Positions 1 to 11,908 of a stretch of DNA of 32,824 nt are shown here, one piece after another; position 1 is the first letter of the stretch; every line of letters starts with the position of its first letter. The notes beneath the pieces were generated by a model that was not told where the DNA came from, ran no database searches, and was given only the letters and a program-made list of their open reading frames with translations. The stretch is taken from the NCBI GenBank assembly GCA_965651535.1, contig CBFGSX010000003.1, forward strand, positions 1-32,824, in the 5' to 3' direction. A program made the position numbers and the translations under genes. This DNA comes from an uncultured Alphaproteobacteria bacterium. GTDB lineage: Bacteria; Pseudomonadota; Alphaproteobacteria; Micavibrionales; SZUA-601.

Positions 1-54
1 GATCGTTCCGATGTTGACGTGTGGCTTGTTCCGTACAAATGTTCCGCGTGCCAT
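1..54 (-). CDS. tuf: Elongation factor Tu, 5' end (runs off the window)
   Basis: Minus strand from ATG at 54 reads MARGTFVRNKPHVNIGTI, the EF-Tu N-terminal signature. GAGGAG RBS upstream; tRNA-Gly immediately upstream. Not in the ORF track. Confidence 0.93.
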   Translation of the reverse strand, partial: MARGTFVRNKPHVNIGTI

Positions 55-202
55 ATTCTTAACTCCTCAAATTCTAAATGACTGGGGGATGATAAAATTC
101 CGATGACGGCCCCAAACCCGTCTCCAATCAGATGGGCCCTTATTTAGGGCAAATACCCTTGCGGCGCAAGGGGGTAATTACAAAGCGAAAACCAGGGAAA
201 AT

Positions 203-276
203 TGGAGCGGGTGAAGGGAATCGAACCCTCATAGCCAGCTTGGAAGGCTGGTGCTTTACCACTAAGCTACACCCGC
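203..276 (-). tRNA. tRNA-Gly (anticodon TCC), CCA encoded
   Basis: Reverse complement GCGGGTGTAGCTTAGTGGTAAAGCACCAGCCTTCCAAGCTGGCTATGAGGGTTCGATTCCCTTCACCCGCTCCA folds as a cloverleaf with T-loop GTTCGATTC and a 3' CCA. Confidence 0.97.
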
Positions 277-370
277 TTACGCCGAGGCTCCGGCGAGCAA
301 GCCCGCCAGCCGTAACGTGACTGCACGCTGTATAGCAAGGTTTTCAGGCATCCGCAAAACAAAAAAGCCC

Positions 371-443
371 GTATTGGCGGCCCCCGAGCCGCCATCCTTG
401 CGCTGAAATCACCCGAGGATGCCGGATCACGTCCGGCATGACG
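371..443. repeat. REP/RPE-like double-hairpin palindromic element (copy A)
   Basis: Ends GGATGCCGGATCACGTCCGGCATGACG and shares ATCCTTGCGC..GAA...CCCGAGGATG...CATGACGAT with the copy at 4270-4350. Confidence 0.7.
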
Positions 444-451
444 ATCATTTC

Positions 452-1417
452 TCAAGCCGCAAAGGGCGATTCCGACAAAGTCAGGCTTGCGCCGGTCTTT
501 TTATCGGCCTTGAGACGGGCGCGACAGCCCTGCGGGAAAATGTAATTGGGATGCAAATGCCCGAAGGACGCGCCCATGACCACCGGCCCCTTCATCTCCG
601 CGGTATGACGGCGAATGACATCGGCGACATCATAGACGAAAGCGCCCGCGCGGCCCGGCGTATCCTTGATATCGGTCATGCCGCCGACGACCAGCCCCGC
701 CAGATTTTTGAAGATCCCGCGCAAGCGCCATGCGCCCAGCTGCGTATCCAGCTTGGCGATTTCCTCGCCGATTTCCTCGATCATCAAAATGGTTTTGTCG
801 AAGGGCGGATGATAACGATTGCCCGCCGCCAGCAACGCATCGACCAGTTGCAGACAACCGCCCCACATGACGGCTTCGGCTTCGCCGTTTTGAATCGTCG
901 TCGGCGCAACGTCCCTGAACAGATCTCCGGACGCATTCCCGGCCAGAAAATCCAGCGCCGCGTCGAACGTCTTGACCTCGTTCGGCTCGTTTTGCTCGCG
1001 CAGGCCGTTGGCCGTCGGCCCGTAAAACGTCACCAGCCCCGTGCGCTCAAGCATGGCGCTTTGTAAATTGGTGATATCGCTGTAGCCGATGAAAATTTTC
1101 GGATTGTTTCGGATCAGATCGTAATCGATCTTGTCCAGCATATGAAGCGCGCCGTAACCGCCGCGCAGGCACCATACCGCGTTGATATTTTTATCCGCAA
1201 AAACCTCGTGCAGCGCTTTGACTTTTTCTTCCGCCGTTCCGGCGAATACATTGTCGCGCAAGCCGCATTGCGGATGCGCGAAAGCCTTGTAACCCAATTT
1301 TTCCAAGGCGGCGACGGCACCGGTAGCCGCTTCCGGCTCGCACCACGAGCTGGGAGCGATCAGCGCGACCGTATCGCCCTGTTTCAGCTTTTTCGGTTTG
1401 ATCAGATCGCGCGCCAT
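452..1417 (-). CDS. LD-carboxypeptidase / peptidase S66 family (LdcA-like)
   Basis: Motifs GDTVALIAPSS, RGGYGA, GYSDIT (catalytic Ser), IEEIGE (Glu) and FGH (His). Confidence 0.92.
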   Translation of the reverse strand: MARDLIKPKKLKQGDTVALIAPSSWCEPEAATGAVAALEKLGYKAFAHPQCGLRDNVFAGTAEEKVKALHEVFADKNINAVWCLRGGYGALHMLDKIDYDLIRNNPKIFIGYSDITNLQSAMLERTGLVTFYGPTANGLREQNEPNEVKTFDAALDFLAGNASGDLFRDVAPTTIQNGEAEAVMWGGCLQLVDALLAAGNRYHPPFDKTILMIEEIGEEIAKLDTQLGAWRLRGIFKNLAGLVVGGMTDIKDTPGRAGAFVYDVADVIRRHTAEMKGPVVMGASFGHLHPNYIFPQGCRARLKADKKTGASLTLSESPFAA

Positions 1418-2208
1418 ATGATTTTCGTGCCTCCCTTGGGACGTTTGAACAGGCGCGAGGCGGAGCCAGAGCGCAAGGAAATCTCGACGAAGCGCTTGCC
1501 CGACCAGCCGCTCGACCCCGCCGACAGCACCAGCCCGCCATCGGGCACGGCGAAAATGCCATCCGCGACGTGCGCCTCGTGCGTGTGGCCGTCAATCTCG
1601 ATGACGACGTTTTCTCCCTTGAGCGGCGCGATGGTCTGAGCGTCGATCGACGTCTTGATATTGCCGTAGCCGTCCGTATAGCACACGACGCTTTCGGGAA
1701 TGTCGGGAATGTCGGACGCGTCGATGACATCGCCCAGCTGCGAGAAATCGCCATGCGCGATCAAGCCGAACGCCTCGGGGAAAACGTCGCGCGAACGGAA
1801 TTGCGAACCTTCGGCGGAGCATTTGATGACGCGCATTTCCGCCGCATATTCTTTGACGAAGGACAGCGAATAACCGCTATTGACCGCGACGATCTGCACG
1901 CCGTCATGCAACCGCACATAAGCCAGACCCTCGCCCGCATTGTTGACGCGCGGACGCGGATCGTCCTTGCGCGGCGCGGTGTTGACGTAGAAGAACTGGC
2001 GCGCGCCCATCTTGTGATTATTCGCCAGCTGCGCCAGATAAAACCCGGTCGCCACCGTGTCGAAAGCCGGAACGGGCGACAATTCCATATGCGCGATCTT
2101 GTCGCGCAGCGCATAGCGCAAGGCCTGGCGCACCTCGGCAAAGGCCATATCGCCCACGGGGCCGTAATCGGCGATGATCTGGACGAAAATGGAATGGCTG
2201 TCGGGCAT
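1402..2208 (-). CDS. SAM hydrolase / SAM-dependent halogenase family (DUF62-like) protein
   Basis: True start MPDSHSIF at 2208 within track ORF 1402..2805. Motifs IADYG, NTAPR, QFRSRDVF, YTDGYGNIKT, GSSG..VEISLRSGSA. Overlaps the start of the downstream peptidase. Confidence 0.75.
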   Translation of the reverse strand: MPDSHSIFVQIIADYGPVGDMAFAEVRQALRYALRDKIAHMELSPVPAFDTVATGFYLAQLANNHKMGARQFFYVNTAPRKDDPRPRVNNAGEGLAYVRLHDGVQIVAVNSGYSLSFVKEYAAEMRVIKCSAEGSQFRSRDVFPEAFGLIAHGDFSQLGDVIDASDIPDIPESVVCYTDGYGNIKTSIDAQTIAPLKGENVVIEIDGHTHEAHVADGIFAVPDGGLVLSAGSSGWSGKRFVEISLRSGSASRLFKRPKGGTKIIWRAI

Positions 2209-2227
2209 GGAAATTCCTTGAATTTGA

Positions 2228-2301
2228 CTGGGGCCCTTGGACTTGATCCGAGGGCCTATCTTGAACCCGTGGACACTCGGGTCAAAGCCCGAGTGACCCA
2301 G
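2228..2301. repeat. REP/RPE-like double-hairpin element (copy B)
   Basis: GGCCCTTGGACTTGATCCGAGGGCC ... CACTCGGGTCAAAGCCCGAGTG: two imperfect hairpins in the divergent intergenic gap. Confidence 0.7.
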
Positions 2302-2367
2302 ACAGATGGCGTTTCTAGCATGGCGACAGGCTTCCCGCCAAGGATTCTTTGCGGTAGAATGACCTTT

Positions 2368-3357
2368 ATGAACATCCAAAACCCCGTCTTGATCACCGGC
2401 GGCTGCGGCTATATCGGCAGCCACATCGTCTATGACCTGATCGACCGGCATATTCCGGTCGTGGTCGTCGACAATCTCAGCAACTCCGCGCGCGACGCCA
2501 TCCCGAGCGCGGCGCATTTCCATCAGGCGGACATTCTCGACAAGCACGCGCTGGAGAAAATCTTCGCCCAAACCGAGCCGCGCGCCGTGATTCACCTGGC
2601 CGCGCTGCTCAGCACCGAAGAAAGCGTCGAAAAGCCCGCCGAATATTACCGCGTCAACGTCACCGGCACGCAAAACGTGATCGACGCGTGTTTGAAATAC
2701 GACGTGCCGAAACTTATTTTTTCGTCCACCGCCGCCGTCTATGCCGCCAATCCCAAACCGCTGACCGAGGACAGCCCGCTGGGGCCGGTTTCGCCTTATG
2801 GTCACAGCAAATTAATGGCCGAGCAAATGCTGCGCGACATCACCGCCGCGACCGAGCTGCACGCCGTCATCTTGCGCTATTTCAACGTCGCCGGAGCCGA
2901 CGCCCAGATGCGCACGGGCCAAGGCGGTAACAAAACGACGCATCTGATCGCCCGCGCCTGCGAGGCGGCGGCCAACGATATCGACGCGCTGGAAATTTAC
3001 GGCGATGATTATGCCACGCCCGACGGCACCTGCATCCGCGACTATATCCATGTCGGCGACATCGCCACGGCGCATCGCATCGCGCTGCAAAAGAATTTCA
3101 AGGAAAAATGCGCCGTGTTCAATTGCGGCTACGGCCACGGCTATAGCGTGCGCGAGATTATCGACACCTTCAAGAAAATCACCAAGATCGACTTTCCGGT
3201 GAAAATCTCGCCGCGCCGCGCGGGCGACCTGACCCAGCTTGTGGCGGATTCAACGGCCCTGCGCGAGGCCGCCAACTGGCAGCCCGAGCATGACGACATC
3301 GGCACCGTCATTCAAACGGCGTGGGGCTGGTATCAGCGCGAACGGTTGAAAAAATAA
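2368..3357 (+). CDS. galE: UDP-glucose 4-epimerase
   Basis: TGGCGYIGSH NAD-binding motif, FSSTAAVY, YGHSK (YxxxK), LRYFNVAGA, TPDGTCIRDYIHV. The N-terminal extension in the track ORF is spurious. Confidence 0.93.
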   Translation: MNIQNPVLITGGCGYIGSHIVYDLIDRHIPVVVVDNLSNSARDAIPSAAHFHQADILDKHALEKIFAQTEPRAVIHLAALLSTEESVEKPAEYYRVNVTGTQNVIDACLKYDVPKLIFSSTAAVYAANPKPLTEDSPLGPVSPYGHSKLMAEQMLRDITAATELHAVILRYFNVAGADAQMRTGQGGNKTTHLIARACEAAANDIDALEIYGDDYATPDGTCIRDYIHVGDIATAHRIALQKNFKEKCAVFNCGYGHGYSVREIIDTFKKITKIDFPVKISPRRAGDLTQLVADSTALREAANWQPEHDDIGTVIQTAWGWYQRERLKK

Positions 3358-4190
3358 GTCACCTGCGCGCCGCCGATAATCAGCAACGCGCCGCCGACCA
3401 CCATCATATCCGGCACTTCGCCGAACAGCATCCAACCGCATAGGGTGGCCCAAAAGAACCCCATAAAGGAATACGGACCCATGATCCCAGCGCCCAAATA
3501 GCGGAAGGCCTCGGTCATGCACATCTGAGCGGCGCTGCCGAACAAGCCCGCCCCGACCAGCAACGCGATCTCGCGCGGGCCGATCTCGACGCGCACGCCG
3601 AAGAAAATCCAGGCCAATGCGCTGGCCAATCCCGCCAGAACGAAAAACCACAGCACGATCGTCAGATTGCTGTCCTGGCGCGACAGGCGACGCACCACCA
3701 GATCGCTTGCCGCCGCCGACAAGGCCACCCCCATGATAACCAGCATCGGCCACATAATATTGCCGCCATGCGGCTGCGCGATCACGGCAACGCCGATAAA
3801 TCCCAGCATACAGGCAAAGACCTGCTGCGCATTGACTTTTTCTTTGAGGATTGGGATAGACAACAACAACAGAAAAAACGGGTAGGTCTGACCCAGCGCG
3901 TTGACGTCGCTCATCGGCAGAAGATACAGCGCATAGAACGACCCGGTCACCGCCGCCAATCCCATCGCCGCCCGCCAAACCTGCCCTTTGAAATCATGCG
4001 TCCGGAGCACATTAAAATATCCGCCCGCACGATGCACTAATGGATAGAACGCAATCACACCGACCCAAAAGCGAAAGGCCAGCTTGATCGTGATGGGAAA
4101 ATCCGGCCCCAGCGCCTTGACGCAGCTGTTCATCAGGGCGAACAGGAAAAACGTCGCCATGGCGTGGACGTGGGGGGACAGGCCGAACAT
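3333..4190 (-). CDS. DMT/EamA family transporter
   Basis: About 10 hydrophobic segments in two EamA-like halves (ILKEKV; LFGEVPD..GGALLII). Confidence 0.88.
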   Translation of the reverse strand: MFGLSPHVHAMATFFLFALMNSCVKALGPDFPITIKLAFRFWVGVIAFYPLVHRAGGYFNVLRTHDFKGQVWRAAMGLAAVTGSFYALYLLPMSDVNALGQTYPFFLLLLSIPILKEKVNAQQVFACMLGFIGVAVIAQPHGGNIMWPMLVIMGVALSAAASDLVVRRLSRQDSNLTIVLWFFVLAGLASALAWIFFGVRVEIGPREIALLVGAGLFGSAAQMCMTEAFRYLGAGIMGPYSFMGFFWATLCGWMLFGEVPDMMVVGGALLIIGGAQVTYFFNRSR

Positions 4191-4269
4191 ACGGGAAAAT
4201 CTCCGCCCCTATCGTAAAACCCCCTCGTCAAAAATCCCTTAATCCTTTAAGATTGAGAAAACTAACGCC

Positions 4270-4350
4270 GTCATCCCGGCGAAAGCCGGGATCCTTGCGC
4301 GGAAGAACGATCTCTTCGCCCGAGGATGGTGGGTCAAGCCCGCCATGACG
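4270..4350. repeat. REP/RPE-like double-hairpin element (copy C)
   Basis: GTCATCCCGGCGAAAGCCGGGATCC ... GGATGGTGGGTCAAGCCCGCCATGAC, with GTCA/TGAC termini. Confidence 0.85.
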
Positions 4351-4367
4351 ATTTTCCGGAGTTGACC

Positions 4368-5072
4368 ATGCGCCGCATTCTGCTTTCCGTTTTCTGGGTC
4401 GCCGTTTTCGTGACCTTTGCCCATTTCGCCTTCGCCGAGGAAGCTGCCAAGGAAGGTTCCAAATTCGCCGACGACGTCCGGCGCGCGCGCGAGATCGTGC
4501 TGGGGAATGCGGGCGACAACCCGCTGGGCCGGGGCTTTATGGTTGCCGTGTTCGAGCCTGTCTTTCTGGCCAGCATGTTCTGTCTGGGGCTTTGGGCCGG
4601 ACAAATGTCCGAGCGCATCACGGCGATCTGGGCGCTGCCGCTTTTCGTGTTCGGCGCAACGCTGGTCGGTGCCTTTATCACCGCTTATCACGGCGAGTGG
4701 AAGCCGCAATTCGACGCCGAAGGCAATGAGATCCTCGCCCAGCTGGGCAATACCGCCGCCGTCACCGTGGTGGTCGGGCTGTTGGCCGGAACGGCGGTCG
4801 GCATGAATTTGATCGTCGCGCCTTTTGTCGCCATTGCCGCCGCCATCGCCGCCGGGCTGGCCTTGGGCTTCAGCCAGACGGCCGAGCTGGGCGAGCATAA
4901 AAACGCGCTTTTTCCCTTTTGGGCCGGATACGGCCTGACCGGACTTTTGGTGAATATCTTCGGCATCGGCTTCGAGACCTTCCTGCAATCGATCAAACTG
5001 GCTTTCATAACGCGCTGGGTCGGCTTCGCCACGCTGGCGATGAGCTTTATGTTTGTCTCGAAAGTGTTCTGA
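4368..5072 (+). CDS. HupE/UreJ-like membrane protein (divergent)
   Basis: Signal peptide (AHFAFA), then LASMFCLGLWAGQM..AIWALPLFV, resembling the HupE/UreJ segment LAMVAVGLWAAQ..LWALP. About 6 TM segments. Confidence 0.6.
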   Translation: MRRILLSVFWVAVFVTFAHFAFAEEAAKEGSKFADDVRRAREIVLGNAGDNPLGRGFMVAVFEPVFLASMFCLGLWAGQMSERITAIWALPLFVFGATLVGAFITAYHGEWKPQFDAEGNEILAQLGNTAAVTVVVGLLAGTAVGMNLIVAPFVAIAAAIAAGLALGFSQTAELGEHKNALFPFWAGYGLTGLLVNIFGIGFETFLQSIKLAFITRWVGFATLAMSFMFVSKVF

Positions 5073-5157
5073 ATCAAGCACTAGCGACCAAAGCGAATCT
5101 TAAGCATTCGGGTATAGTCTGGGAGATGTCCAACCCAGAAGATTTTATGTCCGTCTT

Positions 5158-6024
5158 ATGCCGTCCTTTCCCGTTCCCGACGACCTCGATCCACGTTTAA
5201 CGCCCGCACGCGGCGATCTGGCCGCGTCATGGCTCAGGGACAAAATTCAGGCCGAAAAATTCGTCGAGCCGATGCGTCAGATCATTGCCTCGCCGGTGGC
5301 GACTTTGTACCGGTCGCCCGATCAGGATCAGGCGATCGAGACGCAGCTCCTCTACGGCGAGCCGGTGGACGTTCTTGAAAACAAAAAAGGCTGGGCCTGG
5401 GTGCAGTCGACCCGCGACTTCTATGTCGGCTATTTGCGCGCCGAGCATCTGGGCGCGGAAAAAGGCGACACCAGCCCGACCCATCGTGTCGTCAATGTCG
5501 GCACCTTTGTCTATGGCGGCCCGGATTACAAGGCCACGCCGCGCCACTCGCTGAGTTTCGGCAGCCTGCTGCGGATCGTCGGGGAAAAAGACGGCTTCGC
5601 CGAGCTGGCCGCCGGCGGTTTCGTCCCGTTCCAGCACGTGGCCCCGATCGACTTCCACGCCGAAGACCCGGTCGCCGAAGCTTTTCGTTTTTTGGGCGTT
5701 CCGTATTTGTGGGGCGGGCGCAGCCATCTGGGTATTGATTGCTCCGCCTTGGTGCAACTGGTGTTACAGGCCTGCAATTACCCCTGTCCGCGCGACAGCG
5801 ATTTACAGGAAAAATTCCTCGGCAAGCCGATCGACCGCGAAGATGTGCGCAGCGGCGACCTCGCCTTTTTCCGGGGCCATGTCGGGCTGATGGTCGATGA
5901 CACCACGATGATCCACGCCAATGATCGCGCCATGGCCGTCAGCATCGACGATCTGGACGAATATATCCACTGGCGCACCTCAAATGGCAAAACGCCGATC
6001 AAAATGTTCAAGCGCATCGGCTAG
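5158..6024 (+). CDS. SH3 + NlpC/P60 (C40) cell-wall peptidase
   Basis: DPRLTPARGDLA N-terminus, ETQLLYGE SH3-like segment, PYLWGGRS..GIDCSAL (Cys), GHVG (His), IHAN. Confidence 0.92.
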   Translation: MPSFPVPDDLDPRLTPARGDLAASWLRDKIQAEKFVEPMRQIIASPVATLYRSPDQDQAIETQLLYGEPVDVLENKKGWAWVQSTRDFYVGYLRAEHLGAEKGDTSPTHRVVNVGTFVYGGPDYKATPRHSLSFGSLLRIVGEKDGFAELAAGGFVPFQHVAPIDFHAEDPVAEAFRFLGVPYLWGGRSHLGIDCSALVQLVLQACNYPCPRDSDLQEKFLGKPIDREDVRSGDLAFFRGHVGLMVDDTTMIHANDRAMAVSIDDLDEYIHWRTSNGKTPIKMFKRIG

Positions 6025-6085
6025 AATCTTATCGCATACGCAACAAAAATAGGGGTGGGTTTTTATTTACGCCACGCGCGCCGAT

Positions 6086-9288
<3,203 letters not shown>

Positions 9289-9384
9289 TCAGATCGTTTT
9301 TGAAGACTAAAATGGGTATAAAATCATAGCCTTTTGCCCCTTTTTACACAAGGGGAAAGACCGAAAAAATACAGGAAAAAATGC

Positions 9385-10953
9385 TTATTTTATAAGCTTT
9401 TGGCGGCGGCGCTCGACCGAGGAGCCAATCCCGAGGCTTTCACGGTATTTCGTGACCGTGCGGCGGGCCACGGGGATCGATTCTTCCTTCAAAAGCGAGA
9501 CAATTTCATCGTCCGATAAAACGGCTTTGGGGTCTTCCTTGTCGATCAATTCCTGGATGCGCGCCTTGATCGCGTTGCTGGCCACGGCCATGCCGCCCGC
9601 CGCGCCGCCGACGCCCGACGAGAAGAAATACTTCAATTCGAAAATCCCGCGCGGCGTCGTCATGTATTTGCCCGTGGTGACGCGGCTCACGGTGCTTTCA
9701 TGCACGCCGACGACTTCCGCAACTTCGCGCAAGACCATCGGCCGGAGGAACGACACGCCATACAGGAAAAACGCTTCCTGCTGGCGGATAATTTCGGCGG
9801 CGACCTTGACGATGGTTTGCGCGCGCTGATCCATCGCCTTGATGAGGAACTGCGCGCCCTGATATTTGTCGATCAGGAATTGTTTTTCCTCTTTCTTGAC
9901 GCCCTTGGTGTGGATCATCGCGGCATAGCGCTGGTTGATCAGAACTTTCGGCAGCGTGTCGGGATTCAATTCCACGATCCACGTATCCGGGTTGTCGCGG
10001 TTGGTGTTCTTGCGCATGAGAATATCGGGAATAAGCGTCTGGGCCACGTCATGCGAGAATTTCGCGCCGGGCTTGGGATCGGTGCGGCGCAACGCCACCA
10101 GCATATCGCGCAGCTCGGCCTCAGTGACGCCGCATTTCTTTTGCAGCGCCTTGTAGTCGTGTTTTTCCAAAAGCTGGATATTGGCGAGGAATACCGACAT
10201 TTTCGGCGTCATCAACCCCAGCTCGCGCAGCTGCAACTCCATGCATTGCGCCAGATTGACGGCGAAAATCCCCGCCGGTTCCAATTGCTGCAATCGCGCC
10301 AGCACCAGCTCGACATCCGACAGCTCGCATTCCAGCTGTTTGGCGGTCTCGTTCATGTTGCCGCGGAAATATCCTGCCTCGTCCAGGCCCTCCATCAGCG
10401 CAAAGGCGATCATCTTGTCCTGCGGGCTGTGGAATTCGACCTGGATCTGTTTCGTCAAATGGTCGAACAGACTGTCTTCGCCGCGCAGGCGCGATTCAAA
10501 GGAAAACTCGGGATCGTCGAAACTATGCGCGCCGGAACTGCCTTGAAAATTCGGCATGGTGTCGAATGTATGCGCCGCCTCTGTGCCGTTGAAGACGTTT
10601 TCGGTATCGAATTCCAGACGGTCGTCGCTTGGCCCTTCGTGATGGGATTGCGCGTCCGGCGCTTCATAGCCGTTGAGCGCGTTGAATTCCTTTTCCTTTT
10701 CCGACGGGATATTCTCGGTGTTCGGCGCGGTGCCGCCCGCCTCCTCGCTGCGTTCGAGGAACGGGTTGGTCTGCATCTCGGCCTCGATCATCGCCTCGAG
10801 CTCAAGGTTGTTCATCTGCAGCAGGGCAATGGCCTGTTGCAGGCTGGGGGTCATCACCAGCGACTGAACCTGTTTGAGCGCCAGATACGGCCCGACAGGG
10901 CCGGAAGGCGGGGCGGCGGAGGGGGAGCGATTCTGGCGTGGTGCGTTCTTCAT
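9385..10953 (-). CDS. rpoN: RNA polymerase sigma-54 factor
   Basis: Region I LVMTPSLQQAIALLQM, HESTVSR helix-turn-helix, RpoN box ARRTVTKYRE. Confidence 0.97.
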   Translation of the reverse strand: MKNAPRQNRSPSAAPPSGPVGPYLALKQVQSLVMTPSLQQAIALLQMNNLELEAMIEAEMQTNPFLERSEEAGGTAPNTENIPSEKEKEFNALNGYEAPDAQSHHEGPSDDRLEFDTENVFNGTEAAHTFDTMPNFQGSSGAHSFDDPEFSFESRLRGEDSLFDHLTKQIQVEFHSPQDKMIAFALMEGLDEAGYFRGNMNETAKQLECELSDVELVLARLQQLEPAGIFAVNLAQCMELQLRELGLMTPKMSVFLANIQLLEKHDYKALQKKCGVTEAELRDMLVALRRTDPKPGAKFSHDVAQTLIPDILMRKNTNRDNPDTWIVELNPDTLPKVLINQRYAAMIHTKGVKKEEKQFLIDKYQGAQFLIKAMDQRAQTIVKVAAEIIRQQEAFFLYGVSFLRPMVLREVAEVVGVHESTVSRVTTGKYMTTPRGIFELKYFFSSGVGGAAGGMAVASNAIKARIQELIDKEDPKAVLSDDEIVSLLKEESIPVARRTVTKYRESLGIGSSVERRRQKLIK

Positions 10954-10975
10954 GCTTCCAGCCTACCGGAATCAG

Positions 10976-10991
10976 GTTAAAACTTCATAAA
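10976..10991 (-). promoter_or_regulatory. CtrA-like box upstream of rpoN
   Basis: Minus strand TTTA-TGAAGTT-TTAAC versus consensus TTAA-N7-TTAAC (1 mismatch). Confidence 0.45.
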
Positions 10992-10992
10992 A

Positions 10993-11008
10993 TGGCATGA
11001 AAATTGCA
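10993..11008 (+). promoter_or_regulatory. Sigma-54 (-24/-12) promoter or binding site, divergent from rpoN
   Basis: TGGCATGAAAATTGCA matches TGGCAC-N5-TTGCW with exact GG-N10-GC spacing. Confidence 0.75.
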
Positions 11009-11018
11009 TGAAATCAGA

Positions 11019-11074
11019 GGCAGAGCCTCCTCCTCACACGCTCAAAGCCCCGCCCGAAACAGGCGGGGCTTTTT
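11019..11074 (+). ncRNA. Candidate sigma54-dependent small RNA with an anti-SD motif
   Basis: Lies between the -24/-12 site and a hairpin with T-tract; contains CCTCCTCCTC at 11026-11035. Confidence 0.45.
11044..11074. terminator. Rho-independent terminator, possibly bidirectional
   Basis: AAAGCCCCGCCCGAAACAGGCGGGGCTTTTT. The longer T-tract is on the + strand; it also follows the stop of the minus-strand MipA-family gene. Confidence 0.85.
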
Positions 11075-11077
11075 CCA

Positions 11078-11908
11078 TCAGAACTGATAACCCAGATTCG
11101 TCCCGACAAACAACGACGTATCGTCTTGCGAGATCGGCCCATCGGAGGCATCGCCCGTCAACATATCAAGACGCGCGCGACCCTGCACGAAAGCGCCCTG
11201 CGTAAAGTTATGCTGGATCACGCCACCAAGGCTGTAGCGGTAGAACCCGCCGCCATCGACATCATAGGCCGCAAGACCGCTTGCCCCGCTTTGCGCGCCG
11301 GTGACGCCGAAGAATTCCTGAATGTAATCCTCGCCGCCGAACGAAGCCGTCGCCTCGATCATGCCTTTCCAATGCGGCGCAAGCGGCGCAGCGTATCCGA
11401 CGCCGATCTCGCCCTTATAGCTGCCGAATTCGTTGAACAAATCGACGCCCAACTGGCCGCGCACGAAAAACGGCCCCGGATGCCACGCGGCGAACACGCC
11501 GCCCAAAGCCGTCCAGTCAATATCGCCCATGCCGGCGATGTCGCCTTTCGCGTCGCGGCCGCCGTCATAAGTCAGATTGACCCCGGCGGAGAAATTCTGA
11601 TCGGCCAGCAATTTTACGCCCAAGCCCTCGTAAGGCACCATCATCGCCTCGCGGTCGACGACCAGAAAGCCGCGCTGTTTGTATTCCAGATGAATGGCCG
11701 GGGTGAAGATCGCGCCGTAATCATCCGCGCCCATGTAATCCGGCCCATAGCCGACACCTGCCGCGACCGTCAGCTCCAGATCCTGCGGCAGGCTGGGCGT
11801 GCCGGGGGTGACATCGTGCTGACCCAAGGCGGGGTAACGTGTCTGGGCCAGCGCGGGCATGGCCGCCACGGTGAACAGACAGGCAAAAAGGATCGAAGAA
11901 AAGCGCAT
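11078..11908 (-). CDS. MipA/OmpV family outer-membrane protein
   Basis: Signal peptide (PALA), PDYMGADDY, Y.QEFFGV, ASGLAAYD, DASDGPI, C-terminal GYQF beta-signal. Confidence 0.88.
   Translation of the reverse strand: MRFSSILFACLFTVAAMPALAQTRYPALGQHDVTPGTPSLPQDLELTVAAGVGYGPDYMGADDYGAIFTPAIHLEYKQRGFLVVDREAMMVPYEGLGVKLLADQNFSAGVNLTYDGGRDAKGDIAGMGDIDWTALGGVFAAWHPGPFFVRGQLGVDLFNEFGSYKGEIGVGYAAPLAPHWKGMIEATASFGGEDYIQEFFGVTGAQSGASGLAAYDVDGGGFYRYSLGGVIQHNFTQGAFVQGRARLDMLTGDASDGPISQDDTSLFVGTNLGYQF

Noticed and set aside
28-44. GTTC...GTTC, possible LexA box
   Set aside because: Spacer is 9 nt, not 7, and it lies inside the tuf coding sequence.
1570-2805. Long overlapping N-terminal extensions of galE (1570..) and the SAM-hydrolase ORF (..2805), which look like fusions
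   Set aside because: They are antisense read-through of each other's genes and of a repeat. The family motifs start at 2368 and 2208.
11008-11205. 65-aa ORF downstream of the sigma54 site
   Set aside because: Its ATG overlaps the -12 element, and it crosses a terminator and runs antisense into the MipA-family gene.
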